Source: Octopus sinensis
Taxonomy: Eukaryota
Assembly: GCF_006345805.1 (NCBI RefSeq)
Contig: NC_042997.1
Coordinates: 67,704,001-67,768,000 of the forward strand
DNA length: 64,000 nucleotides
Direction of reading: 5' to 3'
A program made the position numbers and the translations under genes. The notes below the pieces were generated by a model. It worked only from the letters and a program-made list of their open reading frames with translations. It did not search any database and had not been told where the DNA came from. Position 1 is the stretch's first letter, and each line of letters begins with the position of its first letter. Shown in pieces: positions 40,091 through 53,235 of this stretch.

Positions 40091-41146
40091 TATTTCCTGT
40101 TGGTCAAAAAGTTCTTTCACTTTTTTAAAGGGAAAACGAGATGCAGGTTTTAAATATAAAGCGATCTATTCATTCAGTAATTGCCGCTTAATGTCAACAT
40201 TTTCTGCCAGATCATGGGTGGATCTATTATTCCCAGCTCAAAGAATTTCCTGTCTTTACTGGCAAAAAACTCTTCCAGGTGAGCTTTTACGTCCTCTTCA
40301 AAGCTGAAATCCCATGTCTCTTCAACGAATTTTGTAGAAACAGGTGGAAATCTGAAAGCTCAAGGTTGTTCGAATATGGAGTGGGTGGTAAAACTTACTA
40401 ACAAAGCCTCAGTAACATCTGCCGCGTCTCTTACGACTAGCAAATTCTGAATGCTTCTGGAGGATAGCTTTGTACAATTTGTCCTGCTGGTCACAGTACA
40501 CATCCGAATTGATGAACCTGTTCGTGGGAAGAAGCTCGTAAAAGGCAACACCCTTCCAATGTCACCAAGTTGAAAGCAAGACCTTCTTCGTGTGAAGTCC
40601 TGCTTTGGAGGTTGTTTGCGGTGGTTCGCCGTGCTTCCTCCATGATTCTTTACGCATCTTCTACGAATCACAGATGGGCATTCGCTGGGCCATATTTTCA
40701 TTGAAGCATCGAGCCTGCTAACATAACAAAGTTGATGCAGATAGTCTTCAACACTAGTTTTGGATGAGGAATATTTGAGATCATCCTTGTCTTATAAGTG
40801 GGCGTTGGTGTTAGTGTTAATCTCAGTTGATCGGCCAGATTAGGTGCATATTGAACAGATAAATTTCCCGATCGAAAGCTTGCAAACTACTTCTAGCGCA
40901 TTCGTTCCTTATCAGCGTCCTCTCCGTACACAGGTTTCCGCTGCTTTCTTGTCATTTTTAAAATAAAAGGAAGCATGAGGTGTCGATAATGTTAATTTTG
41001 GTTCTCCATTTTTCAGGGTGATCTCATGCACACCAAATACAATCAGTCTCGTCGCAGGTTCGCGTTAAACTACATTAGCGTGTCAGTATTTAACGAGTAC
41101 GCATATGCAAAGGAAAAAAGCAAACAAACTTTTTGGCAAACCCTCA
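40091..41146 (-). mobile_element. decayed mariner element
   Basis: - strand VYGEDA...FASFRSGN, SKAGLHTKKVLL, TPYSNNLELSDFHLF, FFASKDRKFFELGI; degenerate TIRs near 40091-40117 and 41122-41146. Confidence 0.85.
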
Positions 41147-41267
41147 AAATAGTCGACAGTTTAGTGAATATCTTATCGCTTTTAGTATATTTAAATATAA
41201 CGATTTCTGTTTCATTTTTCTTTATATACATCATTTAAATAAGCCGCTTTCTTTCATTTTAAGGTGT

Positions 41268-41298
<31 letters not shown>

Positions 41299-41829
41299 AA
41301 TATATGTTTCATCGTTTTAAATATCATTTTAAATATATATTATGCTTCAAAAAAATTTACAGATGCAGAAAAAAAAAAAGAAAATTCAACTTTGCAAGGC
41401 TTCTGATTTTTTAAAAATTTCGTTTTAGGCTTTTACTTTTCTAAATTTCATTTTTTTTAAAAACTGTTAACAGGAAGTTACAAAGATTTCACAACAGAGA
41501 GCGGAAGACACATAAGCTTTCGCTTAATTGCGAATTATTCAATAAATGTTATTTTTCTTTTAAAACTTTTAAACTTCTAATATTTACTTCCTCCAAAATA
41601 CTAAAACGAAAACAGTAAAAACAAAATTTCGAAATGAATGGATTAGAGATAGATCTTTTAAAAAATGTTTAGTTGCAATTGAAAGAGATACTGGTTCTGC
41701 TCATTGCAAATTTTAAAAGTGTGACGTATATTTGCAAAAAAATACTTCGATATGATCGTACATATAAAATTTTGAAATATTTATGTGCCAGTTTTCTGAA
41801 AGTAGTGTCATTACTTTAATGTATTAAAC

Positions 41830-43340
41830 TTAGATACAAGGAAACTTCTCGGCTCGAAGAAAGCATTGCCATATTGATGAACTGGTATTACGCAATAACG
41901 AACTGTGTTCGTTTAGTTGATTTATGTAAAAATGATATTAACGTTATGATAGTGAAGTAACTTCCAAATTAAGAATGCAATGTACAAAGTGTTCAAAAGT
42001 GATATAAAAGTGATCAGTGTTCATTTTGAGGATGACATGAGGATAAGTAACATACGAAACGGAATGTTTAATCTATTACTAGATGAGTCAGATGATATTT
42101 TATTGTTGAAAAAATATTTGAGATGGCTATCATATCCTTTAGTAAAACAAGAGTTATCTCTGTACATCTTGATCTGGTAGAATTCGATACATGTGACATT
42201 GAAAGAACTGTGAAAGCTTTAACATAAACTAATGATGAAAAAAAAAAAAATAAATGTTAAGTAACTTGTAAATATTGGTACAAATAATGCTAGTGCTATG
42301 GCTGGAATTATTAATTGTCTATACCAGAAGCTTACATCTGAAAATTTAATAGTCTTTCATGCTTCTGCAGACTGTTTACAAAGTAGTTCAGAGTTTTTAT
42401 ATCAGAAATAAGCAAATGGTTTTCTTTTCCATCACGAACGTTATGAAAACGTACAAGAGACAATTGATGACGGAGAAAACTCAGAAAATTTGTATGAATC
42501 TCAAAAGTAGATGGTTATCTGTCGATCTGTGGGAAAAATAATAATGCATTAACTTGAATGAAAATCCCATTTTCAAATTATGAGAAACTGGAAAATGCTA
42601 TACTGTTGAAATTTTTAATGAAATAAATGAAAATAAATTGGTATATTTGTCATTCATGGTTTCCATTCTCGATGAAGCATAAAACATTTTTGTCAAAGAC
42701 TGTTAATAAAGCCAAATAATTTAACATTATTGGCAAAATCATTATTGACAAAATCATTTGAGCGTAAACTAAATCTATCAAACTCTGAAGATGATGTAAT
42801 ACTGAAGAATATTTGGACCCCATACCCTATTTCGGTTACATTTTAAAAATAACATTGAAGAATTCAAGAATCAAAATAAATTACCAAAAACGAGGAAGTG
42901 TTTATAAAAGAAACAACTTCAACAATCTTTTAATGCTGGTTCAAGTAGAGATTACCAAAAAGTTTTAAAATTTCTAGAAACGTGTCATTTTTCTCTATTA
43001 GAAATATTTTTCAACTACTTTCTAAATTGATGGAATATTTTTTTTTGGGGGGGGGGGCATCGAAAAATCTTTATCTATTGTTGAATATCAATATCATGTG
43101 TTATATTGGACCAATGAAACTGATATTGAACGTTTTTAGACTGAAATTTATCAATATAAAGCTATTTCTGGGTTATAATTCAAAGATTTTACAGACTGCG
43201 CTATTTCAACCTTGATAATTTCTCCCGTCAGTGCACAAGTAGAAAGAATATTTCGTAGAATGAGTAATCCTAAATTAAAGTTATGGAATAAAATGGAATC
43301 AAAGATTCTCAGTGCTATTTTATGCGTAAAATTTGCTATA
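41830..43340 (+). pseudogene. decayed hAT transposase
   Basis: FNLLLDESDD, IGTNNASAMAG, C-terminal SAQVERIFRRMSNPKLKLWNKM (dimerisation-domain ERxF motif); many stops and frameshifts. Confidence 0.75.
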
Positions 43341-44753
43341 AGATAGCATAATAAATGTTACTGTAATTATAAATTCTCTGACAAAAATTCACAAACTATA
43401 GAAACAATGTCTGTTTATATTAACACTAATACTGAAGCAGCCCTAGCAATCCCAATATTTGCCAGTCAGGACCATCTACTTCAATTAGAATAATGATATG
43501 ACAAATTTATAGTTTAAGCTAAATAAGTTTTGGTGGCCTTCCTTATTAAAGTAACGTTAACTATAGCATGTCTAGCTATAAAACCAAAATCTAATTTAGC
43601 AACATTGAGATTAACCTCGGACAAAAGCAACGTGTGTTAAGTACCTTGCTTTATCAAGATCACTGTGCCAAATGCCTGCAAACTAGCAATTCCAATTCAA
43701 CTATTCTGCATATGCTCTATTACTATTTTCGACTTTTGCGAATGACTGGGAGTTTAAGGTTGATCGAATATTCAGAATACTTCTGTAAACCAAATACACT
43801 TTAAACAAAACAAATTACAATAATCAAATTGAATGGCAACGGTAAATGAGCAGATTCACTACAATTTGTCAGACGTAAATTAATAGACTACTTGCCATTC
43901 TATTTCTCTATTCTGATGCAATAAACTCATGCAATAATTGACTTTAATTAATATTTGTCTCATAAAGAAAATCGGTCGAATGATTCAGATTATTACTAAT
44001 ATAGACATCGCAATGCCAACTAACCCTATTAAATCAAATCAGTATTTTAAAACAGGAAACAAAAATTTTATCGTGTACAGCTTCTACTTTAATCTGATGC
44101 TATTAAGCAAAGCTATAACACAATTAAGTTTAAGTTATTAATATAATCATGTTAGACCACTGACACAAATATACATTATGTTAGAGATGTTTACCATAAG
44201 AGAATATGTAAGTTGTGCGTTTTAGTTGCTTAAGTAATAAGGCTCTAATTTACTGAATTCACTTAATGGCTGTAGCGTTTAGGCTTTATGATTTTAGGTC
44301 TGGTTTAAAGCGCAATTAGGATCTACAGAGGAAGTATCCATGCATTCAAACAAGGTAAATTTTGATTTGCGGCATCACCATGATGGTCATTAACGTCAAC
44401 ATATAAACGAGAACTGATTTAAAGAGTGGGATTTTAGGTTTCTGGTATAACTAGATGTTTATTAATAAAGGTCACTGTACATAGAGTTTCTTGTTCAAGC
44501 ATCTTATATATTTCCAGATCTTTGAGGAATGGGATTCTAACGTTGGTTTGCACAAGAGCAGAGTCCTTGGTGAATGAGAGAAATCTCATCTAATATACCA
44601 CGTCTAAACCGACTTCTTCCAGAATTAACCGTATAAATGTTTCAAACTCATCGATCTGTTGGTAAATGTGAAGCTTTAGGTAAAATTATAAATAGCAGAA
44701 ATTTTGATTTCAACTTGTTTATCCCTTTCTCGCCTTATGCTAGATAATTGATA

Positions 44754-45015
44754 CATCATCATCATCATCATTGTTCGACCGTGGTCGAGACAATGGAATT
44801 TACCATGCTACGCCAGACTTCACGGTCCATCATGGCATTACGGAGGTCCTGTTGCTGGATGCCTGTATCCCTGGAGATTACATCAGGGTAGGAGAGTGTG
44901 CGCCCTCTGGTATTGCGAGTAGATGGCTTCCAGAGGAGAAGAGTAGAAATTACTTCTTTTTCAGCTCTACAACAATGTCCAGCAAACTGGACTCTCCTAC
45001 CTATCACATAATTGA
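44754..45015 (-). mobile_element. RTE-clade LINE 3' end with (TGA)n tail
   Basis: RRVQFAGHCCRAEKEVISTLLLWKP...GRTLSYPDVISRDTG...LRNAMMDREVWR then (TGA)n. Confidence 0.85.
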
Positions 45016-45299
45016 TACAGTGATACTTTAAAATTCAATTAGACCCATAAAAATAATTATAGTTCGACACTCTGGTGAAATATACATCTAACAAACCGAT
45101 GGCGACTGGGTATGATAACAATTCAGTAAAATATATAGGTTTTGGCTCAAGTAAAGATGAAGTGTGTTTAAACATTTTTGTAGTACAACTCAAACGGTAA
45201 AACAGACTAACGACATTTCTCAAAAAATAACAGTAGCATATTATTTCCCGCACTCTTATGAAGATCTTATTTCTTTCTTATTCAACTTTGATAAAAAAG

Positions 45300-46030
45300 T
45301 TCAGTCGAAACCTCTGCCTTCTTACTTTCATTTTCCTTTTTTCGACGAACAATCAGGGGAAGACACGAATCATCTCTCAGACAGAGAACATTCCATATCC
45401 CCTTCCGAATAGGCCTCAAGTTGAAGCGAGATTTCCTACTCCTGGCGGATGACACCTTTGGACCACTCAGGCGGCAACTCTCCAACCCATTATATCCGCC
45501 AAAGCTTTCCCCCGTTCGACGGATGGGTGCCCTGACGGCTTTACCCCAGTCGCTTCATACAATGTGCCTTATAGGCAGTTGAAGCACTTCTCTGGAGGAG
45601 AGAAGTTATGGGCTTTGTATAAAAGGTTGCTACTGGTAAGGGTTTTACGAGGTCAAAGTTCAGATCCTACCTCAATCTCTTTTAGTCGCCATTTACGACA
45701 CGTAAAAGAGACGTTGGGTGTATCCTTTGACATGTCAGTTCCCACACAACTCGGTCTGTTTGACCATGTTGCTCGATTTTTCGAAGTAAATCTCGCTTAC
45801 TGTGTCCTCTTCACTGAGGATCCTATTGTGTTGGTCGACAACATTCAACATGGTTACAACAGATGAGGAGGTATCTCGTGGAGATGGGGAGTGACTGGGA
45901 CACTGCTTGACGGGTCTCCCGGGAGAACCCTGGAATATACCGACAAATGGTGAATGCAGCATCGCGCTGCAACAGCGCCCCCCGCCACACCTATCTTGGT
46001 CTGGTGTACGATGCATCGTGCTCAATTTTT
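45300..46030 (-). pseudogene. heavily decayed CR1-like RT fragment
   Basis: TMLNVVDQHNRILSEEDTVSEIYF...then (frameshift) LTCQRIHPTSLLRVVN...KPLPVAT resemble CR1 RT motifs. Confidence 0.45.
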
Positions 46031-46052
46031 CATGCTAATCTTTTATGTGTTT

Positions 46053-46660
46053 ACCTTTGACTTCTTACTGTCAAACTTAGTGTTTGTCAAAGTGTTGTTT
46101 CATTACCAACTGGATAACAAAACCACAGCTTTATCAATGTTACTTTTCATATAATCACACATTACACAATATTGCTAGTCTGTACTTCAAATCAGCTGAT
46201 TGATTGGAGTTTCACAGGTTCTTGACAGGACATCTGCTTCAGGACATCTACTTCACTTTTGACATATTAGCGACCACTAAACTAGTGGAACCACATGTCT
46301 CTCCACATTCCTTACCACCAAAACATATAACCCCAAATGCCATAAGCGATTCACACTAGTACAAACGAAAATATGACCTCAAACAACTGAATAAATCATG
46401 AACCTCCACAAACTGGACAACTTTTACCATCACCGAAACCTTTACAAGACCACCATCCAAAACCTGAAGGATGTCTCCATGCATTGCTCAGCGCACAAAA
46501 TATCTCACCTTCTAAAACTGCTGCTAATTGTCTTTTACTGAAAGGATTGCAATTGCTTTGTAGTGTCCTTCCTTATTCTCCTCTCCTCAATCATAATGGC
46601 CCTATGAACAATACTCGTGGAAAAATCCTCTGCATTTGCTGCCCGCTTTACATATAACTC
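46053..46660. repeat. second copy of 33614-34221, same orientation
   Basis: starts acctttgacttc, ends catataactc. Confidence 0.95.
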
Positions 46661-49149
46661 TGTGTGGGTGAGTTGATCAGGATATCTTGTAAATGTATGA
46701 AATGTAAGCTGTAAAGTCAAAAATACTTATACAATCACAGGCGATTTTTTTTCGTTAATTGTGGCTTATGCAGAGGAAGGGAAGAACAGAAGATATTATA
46801 GCAGAGCTTCTAAGTTAAATGGGATAAAAGTAAGTAGAAACCACGACTGCAGTAGAAATAAATACATCCAGGTATCGAGTTACTATTAGTGCGTATACAG
46901 GCGTGGCTGCGTAATTAAGACATTCCTGTTCTTGGGTAATGGTAGGCTTAATCCGGTTATTAATCTGGCTTTATATTTATTAATTTAGTTATACAGGTAT
47001 TTTGAAAATACATCACGGATTGATGACCGTGTCCTGCATAGTTATCGGCTGCCCTTTGGTAAGACATAGTATCCGTTCAGCCACCCTGCCAGAGTTACGG
47101 CAAAGTCATGGGACTGCAGCATGGCGGTTTGTGAAGAGGTAGAGCAAGATCTCAACTGAGCCAACGGTGTTTCTTACATTGATACTGAGCGGAGGAATCC
47201 TAGAAGATCAATGGTCAGGATCACCAAGCTCTATTAAGAGAGTAAGTGCAACACATCCATAGGGGTGCCGTCTATGGTTGTGCAATCAGCTAATGAAAAA
47301 TTCACTATGATTCAAGTTCCCAATTCAAATTCATAATAATGGAATTGGATGGCAACAGAGAGTCATGGGAATTCGTGAAAGCAGCGAAAAAAAAAAGCAA
47401 AAACAAAAACAAAAGACAAAAAACTCAAAACTTGTTCCTCAGGTGCATTTGGCAGAGTCCACCCTATTGCAAGTATTTGGGCAAGGATTGCGAACTCCGA
47501 TCTGCAAATAGCTTCCTGCCTTTTTATCAGCCTCGGAGTTCCTGAGAAAGGATCATAGATGCTTCCCTTTGTCCGCATATTAAGCGGTAAGAAAAAGTCC
47601 GGAGATATTGTGTAGATGGCTGCAACCGAGTATATACAACTAAAGACACTCATTGGACGGATGAGAGAGTTCAACCGGGTGACAGATGTATACATGCATA
47701 CATATTGATTTTATAGACGGTCGTAGTCTCACGTGGTGAAACCATCTAATAACGACTTCGTCCAGAAGGCTGGAATAATACATATAATGTGCCAGTGAAG
47801 AATGAGCGAGTAGGTTTAGAGAGAACATTTATTAATGGGTTAACATGTGTCTGTGTGTTCGTCATGTATACAGAATAATAGACAGGGCGTCATGAGAACA
47901 AAGTGTATGTGTGTATAGACGTGGATGTATGCGTGTGCATTAAGTACATATAAGAATAGCAATGAAGACAGTGAAAGAGTCTATAATGAGAAGTTAGACG
48001 AATGTTCATAGACACATGAATCAGAAATACCAATTTCGTAGTCAATTGTATACGGTGATTGGAATACTGTATCAAGAAGTTGCGGTGATGATGCTGAGTC
48101 GGTGCAGTACGTGTCGTACGAAGTTTTGGCTGTAATGCTGCTGCCTGAGTTATTTCTCGCAGGTTGTATATTCGCTGTTAATCATGGTGAAGTAATTCAT
48201 AAATTGTACTATGTTGGAACCTGTGCAGTGTTGCTTGAGCTGTGTACGTAGAGAGGTGATGTTGACGACGTTAAGATGATGGTGGCGACGAAGACGGAGG
48301 TTCGTGATGCTGTTGGACGAGTCATCTGGCGTTGTCGCTGGAACTGGCTGTGTCTTGTGTGGCCAGTGGCTAAATCTTAAAAGGTCTGGAATCAAAGACT
48401 TCGAGATGTGGGGAAGGTGAGCTTTTATAAGGAACAGTAGGTTCAAACGGGATTGTGAACAGGTTGTCTCACGTGATCTTATTTGGAACTCCGATTGGTT
48501 ATACGCTGCAGATTGGCGTGACAGAGTAAGAAATAAATTGCGCCGATGCCAACCAATCAGAATCCAAATAGCGACCAAAGGCTAGCTGTTATCTACTACG
48601 TTCGAGTGTACGTATATATAATAAAGAGGAGAGGAATTTCACTGAGTGTACGCTACAGTTTCAAATTTTTGTACAAGGCCAGCAATTTCGGGGAGAAAGT
48701 CGGTTACATCGACCCCAGTGATCAACTTATTTTATCAATCCCGAAAGGATGAAAGGCAAAGCCGATCTCAGTGGAATTTGAACTCAGAACGTAAAGACGG
48801 ACGAAAGGCCGCAAAGCATTTCGCCCGGCGTGCTAACGATTCTGCTAGCTCGCGTACATACTGTATACATAAACAAACTGTTACTGTTGTTTAACTCTAG
48901 GTTAGCTTTGACCGAGCAGCTATGACCATCCCTCTTTGTCATTTTGTTTAGAGTTAACTGGTGTAAGAATAAGAAGTTGTGTGAAAATAATGGTTCTTTT
49001 GTGAGCTTTAGCTGCGATAAAATTTCACGTATTATTAACTTCTGGAAAGAATAGTTTCCTTCTATTTCACTCGTTAGTGATATTAATATAAAGAACAAAT
49101 CTATAATGTATACAACGCCCTTGTAACTCATAGGATACTCTTCGCGACA

Positions 49150-49153
49150 CACA

Positions 49154-49199
<46 letters not shown>

Positions 49200-49370
49200 A
49201 CACACACAGACACAGACAGACACACACACACACACATGTATATTTGTGAATGTATGGATCAATGTATATATATAAATGTTTGTGTGTGTGTGTATGCATT
49301 TATGTATGTATGTATGCATGTATGTATGTATGTATGTATGTATGTATGTATGTATGTATGTATGTATGTA

Positions 49371-49401
<31 letters not shown>

Positions 49402-49445
49402 ATGTATGTATGTATGTATATATATATATATATATATACATATAC
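49150..49445. repeat. compound (CA)n/(TG)n/(TATG)n/(TA)n microsatellite; similar blocks at 9994-10071, 13137-13392, 54290-54370, 61000-61250
   Basis: direct reading. Confidence 0.95.
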
Positions 49446-49454
49446 ATAGACATA

Positions 49455-50682
49455 CAAGAAGTAAATAGACACCTTTAATTTTCAAAATTTCTGATCTAAG
49501 CGTCTTAATATGTTTTCGGCGGTGTAGAGTTTACAATGTAATTATTCTTTTTCTTTCCAGGTGCCATTATATTAAACATTTGCGAAGAGTAACCATGCCA
49601 CGCATAAAAAATTCAGCAGAACTATCAGATTTTCAAAGAGGTCATATTGTTGGGCAATCTGAGGCTGGTCTTAGCCAGCGAAAAATTGCCGAAAATCTTC
49701 AAATTCCTCTTGCTACTATTAATAGAATTATAGCGCAATTCAAAAGCCAAGGAAAAGAATCAACAGATTCTCGTCCCGGCCGACCTGGGCCCTCGGAAAG
49801 GAAGCTTCGCTGTTTGAAGAGAATTGTGGAAAACTAACCCCGTTCGAAGGCTTCTGACATTGCAAAACAGCTAGAGATTAGTCCAAGAACGTGTGTTACA
49901 TACCTGTATAAGCTAGGGTATTATGGACGAAGAGCTAGAAGACAACCTCTCCTTCAACCAATTAATATCACGAAAAGAAAGAAATGGGCTAAGGAGATGT
50001 CAGAAAAATCCAGTTCATTTTGGGATAGAATGATTTTCTCAGATGAATCCAGATTTGCATTATTTTCAAACAGTGGACGTGTTTGGGTCTGGAGGCTTCC
50101 CAATCAAGAATTTGATTTGAAACAACTCCAATCAACTGTGAAACATGGCGGTATCTCTGTAATGGTATGGGGAGATGTCACTAGCAATATTCGTTCTGAG
50201 TTGATCGAATGTGTTGGAACAATACATCGAAATACTTAAGCAAGGACTACTTCCGATGTATTCACACGATAACATAACGAAAAATGAGTTTTTATTCATG
50301 GAAGATGGGGCTCCATGCCACATAGCGAAAAGGAATCAACAATAGCTGACTGAAAATGGGATCAAAAAGCTTCCTTGGCCGAGCCAGTCTCCTGACATGA
50401 ACCCAATTGAAAATCTTTGGAGCATACTAGATAGAGCTATAGGAAAAACTAAATCTAAAGATAAATTGTTTCGATTGTTGCGTGATAAGTGGGCAGAAAT
50501 TCCACTAGAGACAATCACAAAGCACATCAGTTCAATGCCAAAAAGAGTTTCTGAATTAAAAACTATAAAGGGAATGTCAACTAAATACTAAAGTGTGTAG
50601 TCCTACCTATAGATTACATTTCAATTGTTCGCTTTGTGTATTAAATAAAAGGTTTTGAAAATTAAAGGTGTCTATTTACTTC

Positions 50683-50685
<3 letters not shown>
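49455..50685 (+). mobile_element. near full-length Tc1 element (1231 bp), 33-bp TIRs, TA TSD
   Basis: CAAGAAGTAAATAGACACCTTTAATTTTCAAAA / TTTTGAAAATTAAAGGTGTCTATTTACTTCCTG, flanked by TA. Confidence 0.95.
49595..50590 (+). pseudogene. Tc1 DD34E transposase with stops/frameshift
   Basis: [16 protein letters not shown]...GRP...SDESRF...KHGG..VMVWG...EDGAPCH...WPSQSPDMNPIENLW; 34 residues between second D and E. Confidence 0.93.
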
Positions 50686-50727
<42 letters not shown>

Positions 50728-50871
50728 GTGAAATAGAAAGATGAATAATCTTGTAGTAGATTAATCAAAAGTTTAACCGATACCTTAGTAGCAAAAATCA
50801 CAGCAGTGAACAGCACGGTGAGGTACAACCATCTGGCGTTGCAACCGTGCGTTGGTGCGGATAATTGAAAT

Positions 50872-51249
50872 TAAAACATTATTGGTGAATTGAAGAAATG
50901 GAGCTGAGCGCAGATTGAACAGAAATCGTTTTATTTCATTCTACACGTGTTTCGAAAGGCACAAATTACCAAAATCCGATTGAATAATGGGACCATATTG
51001 TGTCTTTCTCTTCAGGAAGAAAAAAGGAAATCCGTTGGAAAAACAAAAACAGAACAGAGGCAGAGCAAAAAACAAATCGAACTGTGCTCCTAAGAGCCCA
51101 TGGCGAAACTCTTCCTGAAGAGAAAGACACAATATGGTCCCATTATTCAATCGGATTTTGGTAATTTGTGCCTTTCGAAACACGTGTAGAATGAAATAAA
51201 ACGATTTCTGTTCAATCTGCGCTCAGCTCCATTTCTTCAATTCACCAAT

Positions 51250-51258
<9 letters not shown>
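50872..51258. repeat. inverted repeat, 149-bp arms (50872-51020, 51110-51258), 89-nt spacer, abutting (TA)n
   Basis: arms read as exact reverse complements. Confidence 0.95.
51112..51191 (+). ncRNA. minimal type I hammerhead ribozyme fold (mirror copy on - strand at 50939-51018)
   Basis: stem I TTC/GAA; CTGAAGA 51115-51121; stem II GAAAG/CTTTC with canonical G10.1-C11.1; GAAA 51177-51180; stem III A-C-[ACGT]-G-T with palindromic loop; GTA triplet 51186-51188. Confidence 0.72.
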
Positions 51259-51309
<51 letters not shown>

Positions 51310-51311
51310 AT

Positions 51312-51521
51312 TCAAAATAAGCAATAAGGATATCCAGAGGTAATACAGTACGATCGTTTCAAGCAACTCCATTTAATTGAACAATGAAATCATTACATCT
51401 TTATGCAGCTGAGGATTGCTCTGCATTTAAATTGATGTAATGATTGCATTGTTCAATTAAATGGAGTTACTTAAAACGATCGTACTGCATTACCTCTGGA
51501 TGTCCTTGTTGCTTATTTTGA
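51312..51521. repeat. imperfect inverted repeat, 88-bp arms, with decayed hammerhead motif
   Basis: 51312-51399 vs 51434-51521; ATGCAG-CTGAGGA...AAAAC-GATC-GTA-CTGCAT. Confidence 0.85.
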
Positions 51522-51605
51522 TTTTAATCACCTTATTTTGAAATTGTATGGATAATACCATGCTAAATTCTGGTGCCTCAACTTAAGTACCATATTCATC
51601 TGAAT

Positions 51606-52404
<799 letters not shown>

Positions 52405-52750
52405 ATGTAGAAGGTTGAAAAGGAACACATGATTTGACATGTATAAGGGAAAAAAGTCAAGGTAGAAAATGGTGAAATAATTTTATAAAAAGCAGTTTAG
52501 TACCGGTTTCAGTTATTGAGACTTTTTCAACTCTAAGTATACAAAACAACTAAATTTCGGAAAAATTAAATGAAAAGGTTTTAAATGAATATTTGCATAG
52601 TATCCAAATACAAGGGGCATTTTCCGTGTTTCTGCTTGTCTCTGTCTCTCCTGTTTACTCTTATGGGTTCGAGGTCGTTGTGAATTCTTGGCAGAGAATA
52701 ATGATTATAATAATAATAATAATAATAATAAGAAGAAGAAGAAGAAGAAA

Positions 52751-53235
52751 AGAAAGAATAATAAAAGAATGCGGGAGTGGTATGATAGTAGTAGGATGTT
52801 AAATGGTCAAGTGCCTTGAAAGTGTCTTATTGTGGATGGTAGAAGTGATTGAATTCTTGAGATATCTCTTTTGAATGTATTGTTTTTAATATTTGCGTAG
52901 GTGTCATTTGGCCATTTAACATCCTTCTACTATCATACCACTCCCGCATTCTTTTATTATTCTTTCTCTTCTTCTCCTTCTCCTTCTTCTTCGTCTTCTT
53001 CTTCCTCTCCGCCACCTCCTTCCTTACTTTACTACTATTACTTTGCGTAGTAAGAGATATCTCAAGAATTCAATCACTACTACCATCCACAAGTCACTTT
53101 CAGTGCACTTGGCCATTTAATATCCTACTACTATCATACCTCTTCCGCATTCCGTTCTTCTTCTTCTTCTTCTTCTTCTTCTTCTTCTTCTTCTTCTTCT
53201 TCTTCTTCTTCTTCTTCTTCTTCTTCTTCTTCTTC
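52751..53235. repeat. three related copies (one forward, two inverted) embedded in (AAG)n/(CTT)n
   Basis: 52751-52810 vs 52908-52967 (60-bp arms, 2 mismatches); 53053-53153 is a diverged reverse complement of 52767-52870; (CTT)n 53155-53235. Confidence 0.85.

Noticed and set aside
47715-47775. Hammerhead-like motif on - strand (CTGGACGA...GAGAC...GTC)
   Set aside because: Extra core base, GAAA not intact, no stem I.
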